A stretch of 64,000 bases of DNA from assembly GCA_035623825.1 (NCBI GenBank), contig DASPSR010000061.1, positions 8,953 through 72,952 on the forward strand, written 5' to 3'. The DNA comes from Nitrospirota bacterium. Lineage in GTDB: Bacteria > Nitrospirota > UBA9217. Below are positions 57,535 to 64,000 of this stretch, piece after piece. Within the stretch, counting starts at the first letter, position 1. Every line of letters starts with the position of its first letter. The notes below the pieces were generated by a model. The model searched no databases. It was not told the origin of the DNA and saw nothing but the letters and a program-made list of their open reading frames with translations. The position numbers were made by a program, and so were the translations under genes.

Positions 57535-58038
57535 ATGACACAGACCAATTGGTATGCATTATACGTGAAGTCTAGGCACGAATTCGTCGTTTCCGGCGAA
57601 CTCCAGCGGAAAGGGATAGAGACGTTTCTCCCTTCCGTGACGAGGCTGAAGCAATGGAACGACCGGAAAAAGCAGGTGGAGATGCCGCTCTTCCCCGGGT
57701 ATCTTTTTGTCTCCATTACGCCGGAACCCGGGGAATTCCAGAACGTGATAAAGACGCGTGGTGCTGTTATGCTCATTTCGCTTGCTCCTGGAAATCCTAC
57801 ACCAGTGGCGCATGAAGAAATAGACTCCATGAAGATACTTCTCGGAAGCGGGGAAAACATAGACATCTATCCCAACTTGCAGGAAGGGGCGCCGGTGCGG
57901 GTTACGAGAGGAGTCTTCCGGGGTGCACGGGGAATATTGAAGCAGAAGCACGGTCAGAATATATTCCTCGTGAGCATAGATTTGCTCGGAAGAAGCGTGG
58001 CTGTCAAGATTTATGCAGATGATGTAGAAGCTGCTTGA
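57535..58038 (+). CDS. NusG-paralogue transcription antiterminator (UpxY/LoaP/RfaH-like)
   Basis: WYALYVKSRHE, PLFPGYLFV, KOW motif VRVTRGVFRG. Confidence 0.88.
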   Translation: MTQTNWYALYVKSRHEFVVSGELQRKGIETFLPSVTRLKQWNDRKKQVEMPLFPGYLFVSITPEPGEFQNVIKTRGAVMLISLAPGNPTPVAHEEIDSMKILLGSGENIDIYPNLQEGAPVRVTRGVFRGARGILKQKHGQNIFLVSIDLLGRSVAVKIYADDVEAA

Positions 58039-58041
58039 ATT

Positions 58042-58085
58042 TGTCTTCAATAAGTCATCAAATTGTAACATAAAAGACGTATTTG
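58042..58085 (+). promoter_or_regulatory. Possible Pho-box-like site upstream of galE
   Basis: TGTCTTC-N4-AGTCATC-N4-TGTAACA, then N9-TATTTG (weak -10). Confidence 0.45.
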
Positions 58086-58264
58086 TATCAGGCACGCCCT
58101 ATCGCCTTCGCAGTCCGTTTTGAATCCATGTGACTGAGAAGGCGGAGCATTGCCAGAAGCTTCCCGGTTATCAGCCCCCTCGACGAAATATCGTTGGTCT
58201 CAACTACTTTAAATCGCACACTGCGGGAGAATTCAAATATGGATAAGATCTCAGGGAGAGCCAG

Positions 58265-59356
58265 ATGAAGATATTCATAACAGGAGGCGCGGGCTATATC
58301 GGCAGCCACGTGGTGAAGATTTTGGGAGCGCAAGGTCATGAACTGATTATTTTCGATAATCTGTCCACCGGTCATGACTGGGCCGTCCTACACGGTACGC
58401 TGATCAAAGGCGATCTTGGGGATACGTTGTCTCTTCAGAAGACCATGGAAGCAGCGAGGCCTGATGCCGTCATCCATTTTGCCGCATCCATTGAAGTCGA
58501 GGAGTCCGTCCGGAGGCCGCTGAAATACTATAGAAATAATGTCATTAATACTCAGAACCTGGTGGAGGCCATGCAGATTGCAGCCGTGGACAATCTGCTC
58601 TATTCCTCGAGTGCCGCTGTGTATGGGATCCCGGCCGATGTTCCTGTGGACGAGACCGCAGAACTTAAACCAATCAACCCGTACGGCTCGACCAAAGAGA
58701 TGTCGGAGCGGATCCTGCGGGACCTCGCCGCCTCCAGTGATTTTCGTTACATCGCTCTGCGCTATTTTAACGTCGCAGGAGCCGATACAGGAGGCCGCCT
58801 CGGACAGGCCTACGCGAAACCGACCCATCTGATCACCCGGGCCCTCAAATGCGCGAAGGGAGAAGCGGCCGGGCTTTCCATCTACGGCACCGATTATCCA
58901 ACACATGACGGGACCTGTATACGGGATTTCATTCATGTAGACGATATAGCCAGTGCCCATGTGCGGGCCCTCGAACATCTGTTGGAGATCCGGAGGTCCG
59001 ATGTCATGAACTGCGGGTATGGGAGAGGATTTTCAGTCAAGGAGGTCGTGTCGATGGTAAAAAAGGTCACCGGGGCCGATTTCCCGGTTGAGGAAGCTGG
59101 CCGGAGACCAGGCGACGCACCTGTACTTATAGCGGACAGCACGCGATTGAAAGAGCGAACCGGCTGGAAGCCACAGCATGATGATCTGGCATTTATCATA
59201 CGATCTGCATGGGAATGGGAACGTAACTTGCCCGTAACTAACGACGAGACCAAGGTAGAGGAAATTCCGCTTGCCTTGTTACCGGCGCGTAATCTGCTCA
59301 AATCGAGAATCAAAGCGACTCATCAATCAGGACCAGCAGATGCGCATGAATATTGA
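58265..59356 (+). CDS. galE: UDP-glucose 4-epimerase
   Basis: TGGAGYIGSH, HFAA, SSSAAVYG, YGSTK, LRYFN, GTCIRDFIHV. Confidence 0.93.
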   Translation: MKIFITGGAGYIGSHVVKILGAQGHELIIFDNLSTGHDWAVLHGTLIKGDLGDTLSLQKTMEAARPDAVIHFAASIEVEESVRRPLKYYRNNVINTQNLVEAMQIAAVDNLLYSSSAAVYGIPADVPVDETAELKPINPYGSTKEMSERILRDLAASSDFRYIALRYFNVAGADTGGRLGQAYAKPTHLITRALKCAKGEAAGLSIYGTDYPTHDGTCIRDFIHVDDIASAHVRALEHLLEIRRSDVMNCGYGRGFSVKEVVSMVKKVTGADFPVEEAGRRPGDAPVLIADSTRLKERTGWKPQHDDLAFIIRSAWEWERNLPVTNDETKVEEIPLALLPARNLLKSRIKATHQSGPADAHEY

Positions 59357-60042
59357 TAATCTCATTCCCCGCGCGTAATGCAACCAATCTCATTAAAGAT
59401 TATAAAATTCTCTGTTACGGTGAATGGCACATCTTGAAGAATCGAATTCTGACATTGATTCTATCCAGCGCTCTGCTCCTTCTTTTGTTTGCGGGGATTG
59501 CGCCCAGTTATCTTGCTTACGGTGATATGCCGCGCAAATCGGATGCAGTGGTGCTCTTCGTCGGCCCCGGCTTTGAGGCTCGCCAGGAGGAGGCGTGCAA
59601 CCTGATAAATGAATTGCGGCCGAAACTTCTCATTATTCCAGCATATAATGTGGCCATGCCCGTTGATGGCAAGAGGATTTCCAGGATCCGTCCTATAACT
59701 GACGCTGAATACAGAGCATTCAAGGCCAAGACAAAGAAAGATTTCAAACTGTGGTACGAAAATACCCATGTCGAGGTCATGGAAACAAAACGGCTGATGG
59801 ACGCTAACAACGTCCGATCGGCGATATTTGTAAGCTCGCCCTATCATATGAGAAGGATCAAGCTCATATCCGACAGTGTTTTTGAGCCAAAGCGCTATAC
59901 CGTTTTGTTTGTACCGTCGCGTAACGAGAAGGCCGCGCTGAGGCAATGGCCGACAAGCGTTAAGGAAGTATCCATGCAGTTGAGTGAATACGTAAAGATC
60001 GTCTGGTACGTCCTGTATCGGCCGTTCGCGGGAGTTACATGA
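59353..60042 (+). CDS. YdcF/DUF218 (ElyC/SanA-like) protein
   Basis: SDAVVLF, ENTHVE, VSSPYHMRR, EYVK; true start may be TTG 59434. Confidence 0.75.
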   Translation: MIISFPARNATNLIKDYKILCYGEWHILKNRILTLILSSALLLLLFAGIAPSYLAYGDMPRKSDAVVLFVGPGFEARQEEACNLINELRPKLLIIPAYNVAMPVDGKRISRIRPITDAEYRAFKAKTKKDFKLWYENTHVEVMETKRLMDANNVRSAIFVSSPYHMRRIKLISDSVFEPKRYTVLFVPSRNEKAALRQWPTSVKEVSMQLSEYVKIVWYVLYRPFAGVT

Positions 60043-61391
60043 AAGCCGTGGCGCGAAGGCTGCTCCCGGGCGCTGTTCTGCCGCTTGTGGATCGTATCGA
60101 GTCCTCCCCCATAGCTTCCCGACTGGTGCGCGGTACGTTCTGGAGCCTTGTCGGGACGGTGTTTGCTCGCGGTCTTTCTGTGCTGTCTTCCATTGTTGCA
60201 GCCCGACAGTTGGGAAAAGTGGGCTTTGGTGAATTTGGAATCATCCAGAGCACCATGCTGAGTCTGAGCGTGGTCATCTCGTACGGCCTGGGTACGACAG
60301 CCACCAAGTATATCGCCGAATTCCGTTTCAGCAACCCAGCACGGGCCGGCAGGATCATGGCCTTGTCAGGTATCGTCGCATGCGCAGCCGGGGCATCTCT
60401 GTCGGCGGGGCTGGCAATCATAGCTCCCTGGCTGGCTACACGGATTTTGGCAGCTCCCCAACTTGTGAAGTTGCTTCGGGTCGGCGCTTTGTTTCTCTTT
60501 TTGAGCACGCTGAACGGCGCCCAGATCGGCGCTCTGTCTGGTTTTGAGGCATTTCGGACCGTAGCCCGGGTCAACCTTATAACCGGCATCGCCACATTCG
60601 CCAGCATGGTAGGCGGAGTTTTTCTTGCTGGTTTGACCGGCATGGTCTGGGGGCTGGTGATAAGTGCCGGCTTCGGATGGTTGATGGGGCACTTAGCGGT
60701 GCGCGAGGAAGCATCGAAATGCGGTGTTACGCTCACTTTTCGCGGCATATTCGGTGAAATAGCGATATTACGGAACTTCAGTCTTCCCGCGATTCTGGCT
60801 AGCGCGCTCTACGGTCCGGTCGGCTGGGTCTGCAGTGCCATGCTGGTCAACGAACCGGATGGTTACGCCCAGATGGGAATCTTCAATGCTACCATCCAGT
60901 GGTTCGCTCTGGTCATGTTCATACCTGGTCTTTTGGGGCAGGTCGTTTTGCCGATGCTGTCGGAGTCTGTGGGGGCCGGCGACAATGCACGTTCACGCCG
61001 CATACTGCATTTGACAATGATGGTCAATGCCCTCGTCGTAGCACCCCTGGTGCTGCTTTTATCAGTGGCTAGTCCCTGGCTGATGTCACTTTACGGCGAC
61101 GGCTATGCCCATGCCTGGCCTGTTCTTGTTATATCCCTGGTAACCGCCGGACTATTGGCTGTCCAGAGTCCTGTCGGCCAGTCGCTCAATGCGGAGGGGA
61201 GGCTGTGGACGGCATATTTTATGAATCTTGGCTGGGCAGTTCTTTTTATTGGCACAAATATACTGCTGGTAAAACAGGGTGCTGGTGGTCTCGCCTCAGC
61301 CCGGATGGCCGCTTACCTGTTTCAGACCGTTGTCACGGCACTGCTGGTATTCAGGCCATACAAAAGAAAGCTCAATGCTGCCGGAATATGA
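60039..61391 (+). CDS. wzx: Wzx-type oligosaccharide flippase
   Basis: About 12 TM helices, ARQLG..GFGEF pattern, polysaccharide-cluster context. Confidence 0.82.
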   Translation: MKAVARRLLPGAVLPLVDRIESSPIASRLVRGTFWSLVGTVFARGLSVLSSIVAARQLGKVGFGEFGIIQSTMLSLSVVISYGLGTTATKYIAEFRFSNPARAGRIMALSGIVACAAGASLSAGLAIIAPWLATRILAAPQLVKLLRVGALFLFLSTLNGAQIGALSGFEAFRTVARVNLITGIATFASMVGGVFLAGLTGMVWGLVISAGFGWLMGHLAVREEASKCGVTLTFRGIFGEIAILRNFSLPAILASALYGPVGWVCSAMLVNEPDGYAQMGIFNATIQWFALVMFIPGLLGQVVLPMLSESVGAGDNARSRRILHLTMMVNALVVAPLVLLLSVASPWLMSLYGDGYAHAWPVLVISLVTAGLLAVQSPVGQSLNAEGRLWTAYFMNLGWAVLFIGTNILLVKQGAGGLASARMAAYLFQTVVTALLVFRPYKRKLNAAGI

Positions 61392-61462
61392 ATTTCGGAA
61401 GTGAGTTCGAATTTTGAGCGTTCAACCACGCAGCATGGCTTTAACGTCAAAGTAAAGTATGC

Positions 61463-62452
61463 GTGATGAATAAAGTGATAAAAAGACTGGATGATATTGA
61501 TAGAGGGAAAGGGCTTGCCATCTTTCTCGTTGTTACTGGACACATTGCAGCCGAAGGGATACCAGCCGGGGTAGTATGGTATCCCGCGCTGAGAAATCAT
61601 ATCTATAGCTTCCATATGTCATTTTTTATGTTTCTGAGCGGAGTCGTTTTCTTCCTGACCTGCCCGGATATATCTTCTGTGAGAGATTATATACGCTTCA
61701 TCAAAAAAAAATTCATCCGTCTAATGCCTCCGTTTTTCTTGTTCTCTCTGATCGTCGCATTAGGAAAGCTCCTTACTATGAATTTTGCCTATGTTGATAA
61801 TCCGCCGAAATCATATTATGAGATACTCAAAGTCTTTTACATTCCGACCGACAGCAGCGCTGCCTCATTCCTTTGGTATATTTACGCTCTTTTTCTGATA
61901 AATGCTTTAGTTCCACTCCTCATGGTCGCGACGGGTCGAAGACTTTGGATCATCTTCGTTGCGGCGTGCATCATGCATTTTGTGAGGGTACCCCATATTT
62001 TTGCGTTGCACGAAGTGTTTTATCATCTGATGTATTTTGTTCTGGGTGGACTAATAGTATCCTCGTGGACGCGATATACGGCTGCCATCGATAAGTATTG
62101 TTGGCTCTTGTTGAGTGTCTTTGCGCTCAGTCTTGCCGTGCTGCAACCTGTGAGAGATGCGACATGGCTGGGCTTACTCGCAATTCCCGCCCTTCATGCA
62201 CTGGTTAGGCTCCCGGTTTCGGCCTCATTCGGCATTCTGCAGACCTTGGGATTATATTCTTTCCCAATATACTTGATGAACACTATCAGTATGGGCGTAG
62301 TGAAGGCGTTTGTACTCAAATTGGCTCCATTGGAAAGTGACAACTTCACCTGGATTGCTGTCTTACTGTTGTTGGCGGGACTGATAATCCCGATATTCAT
62401 GAAAAGAGTGGTTTTTGCCCGCATGCCTGTAATGGATAAGATCACAACATGA
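61463..62452 (+). CDS. Acyltransferase-3 family (polysaccharide O-acyltransferase)
   Basis: IDRGKGLAIFLVVTGH, YSFHMSFFMFLSG, LWY, SFPIYL. Confidence 0.85.
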   Translation: MMNKVIKRLDDIDRGKGLAIFLVVTGHIAAEGIPAGVVWYPALRNHIYSFHMSFFMFLSGVVFFLTCPDISSVRDYIRFIKKKFIRLMPPFFLFSLIVALGKLLTMNFAYVDNPPKSYYEILKVFYIPTDSSAASFLWYIYALFLINALVPLLMVATGRRLWIIFVAACIMHFVRVPHIFALHEVFYHLMYFVLGGLIVSSWTRYTAAIDKYCWLLLSVFALSLAVLQPVRDATWLGLLAIPALHALVRLPVSASFGILQTLGLYSFPIYLMNTISMGVVKAFVLKLAPLESDNFTWIAVLLLLAGLIIPIFMKRVVFARMPVMDKITT

Positions 62453-62839
62453 AAGGATATTCTATAGATGAATGATAACAGCTTCAGACGCGGCTCAAGA
62501 TTTATTCGTCATTGCATCCGCCGATGCTCCCAGGCACATCGGCGAATCTCTGACCTAACTCACCGAAATCTGCAAAATCTTTGAAAATCGTGTTTCTTAT
62601 TGATGCATGAACTGCTACGGTCCTATCGGGAACATGAGCAACATCGGTTCGCATGTGAACATAAAAACGGCCACCACCGGGCAATTATCTAATTTGAAAA
62701 GATATCCTGATCTCTTGTCGACCGGATCGCAGGCCGCTTCCCAAATTTAAATGGCTAAGAGCAACGCAGTCCGAAATTTATACGCAGCAGAGCGACGGAA
62801 TTCCAAACATTCTCCAAAAGAAGTTAGGAGACTGAGAAA

Positions 62840-63646
62840 ATGACTAAGACAGCCGACGAATGTCTGACCGGCAACTACCTATATGGCGACGATTTTGGCG
62901 AACAAGACATCCTTAAATGGTTCAGGGACGAGGAAAATGCTTATTATCAGTTGACCGTAGATAGTCAGTCGAAGCATAGGTGCGAGTTTCATGCCCTTAA
63001 TTATCATTACGGGTATCGTTATTTGAAAAATATGCGATTCACGCATGTTTTGGGAGTTGGCTCTTCATTCGGTGACGAATTGATTCCAGTGTGCGGTCAG
63101 AGCGAGCACATAACCATTCTCGAGCCGGCCAATGGATTTTCCACGGGAGAAGTGAGCCATGTACCTGTGAAATATGTTAAGCCATTACCGTCTGGAGATC
63201 TTCCCTTCGAAGATTCGAAATTTGATTTGATAACCTGCTTCAGCGTTTTGCATCATATTTCGAACGTCAGCAAAGTTAGCGGCGAGTTCTTCCGCTGTTT
63301 AAAGCCCGGCGGCTACGCGTTGGTTCGCGAACCTGTCGTCTCAATGGGAGACTGGAGAGTGCCGAGGCATGGCTTAACAAGAAGGGAACGCGGAATTCCG
63401 CAAAGGATTTTGAGAGATATTTTCGTGGCCTCCGGTTTTCGCGTACTTAAAGAACGCAAGTGCTGCTTTTCGATCACTTCCCGTTTGCATCATTTCACTC
63501 GTGGCCCTGTTTACAACAACTCCGTTATAGTACGCCTTGATGAGTTGATGTGTGCCTTGCCGGTATGGAGAACCACTTATCACGCTCAACACTGGTATAA
63601 GAAATTGCAACCGACCGCGGCTTTTTTTGTATTACAAAAGGCATGA
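62840..63646 (+). CDS. Class I SAM-dependent methyltransferase
   Basis: VLGVGSSFG, LPFEDSKFDLI, VLHH, LKPGG. Confidence 0.85.
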   Translation: MTKTADECLTGNYLYGDDFGEQDILKWFRDEENAYYQLTVDSQSKHRCEFHALNYHYGYRYLKNMRFTHVLGVGSSFGDELIPVCGQSEHITILEPANGFSTGEVSHVPVKYVKPLPSGDLPFEDSKFDLITCFSVLHHISNVSKVSGEFFRCLKPGGYALVREPVVSMGDWRVPRHGLTRRERGIPQRILRDIFVASGFRVLKERKCCFSITSRLHHFTRGPVYNNSVIVRLDELMCALPVWRTTYHAQHWYKKLQPTAAFFVLQKA

Positions 63647-63926
63647 TAATCCACTTTGAGGAATTAATATGAATATTCATGTAGTTCACGAAATATTGTT
63701 CAGCGGGCGGGAAAATGAGGTTTTTCAAAAAAATGAATTCAAGAATCACCAGGCAGATTATGAAGGGTTGGCAATTGATTGAAGCAACAAACTATATCTC
63801 CGCTGTTCATTATTCGATGGAGTCGTCGTATTGCTTCCAGTAGAGCTGTACGGTGTCCGGCTCATATCTTCATTACGAATAGGATGGATGATAACTAATT
63901 GGCCGCAGAATTGAAACAAAGTTAAC

Positions 63927-64000
63927 ATGACCAAACAAAGAATAGTATTCGTTACAAGTTCCCTGGGAAAAGAAGGAATAAATTTCGAACACATTATGCG
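63927..64000 (+). CDS. Possible glycosyltransferase start (3' truncated)
   Basis: MTKQRIVFVTSSLG resembles a GT-B N-terminus; only 24 codons visible. Confidence 0.3.
   Translation, partial: MTKQRIVFVTSSLGKEGINFEHIM

Noticed and set aside
1-64000. CRISPR array, tRNA/rRNA, prophage or defence system
   Set aside because: No regularly spaced nucleotide repeats, tRNA-like T-loop/acceptor patterns, integrase or phage genes recognised by eye; a tRNAscan/CRISPR scan would confirm.

Overview
Bacterial chromosomal window, with gene content suggesting an anaerobic Gram-negative such as Nitrospirota or Desulfobacterota (inference). No rRNA, tRNA, CRISPR array or intact mobile element was seen. Four blocks: (1) 1-13.1 kb, a tungsten aldehyde:ferredoxin oxidoreductase with MoaD and a radical SAM/SPASM protein, then housekeeping and hypothetical genes. 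(2) 13.3-22.2 kb, an unusual ferrosome-like locus: DUF5132-like GxxxG protein, HMA2-like proteins, an 8x22-aa amphipathic-repeat protein, an HMA2-fused P2A (Ca2+-type) ATPase, and a MetK paralogue whose four methionine-binding residues are all replaced. Paired zinc-ribbon and DUF3562-like genes bracket it. (3) 23-31.3 kb, phoB-phoR plus an S53 protease (IPTL-CTERM)/exosortase/STT3-type oligosaccharyltransferase operon. (4) 32-64 kb, a surface-biogenesis region: VPLPA-CTERM protein behind a c-di-GMP-I riboswitch, PstS/DING-like protein, PdtAB-like two-partner secretion with ExbB/ExbD/TonB/porin/PpiC, a UpxY-like antiterminator and the start of a polysaccharide cluster. An 11-bp-period TGTAACA motif, mostly followed 9 bp later by a -10 hexamer, recurs at 8 promoters and suggests most of the window is one PhoB (phosphate-starvation) regulon. 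All family assignments are from motif recognition by eye; no searches were run.
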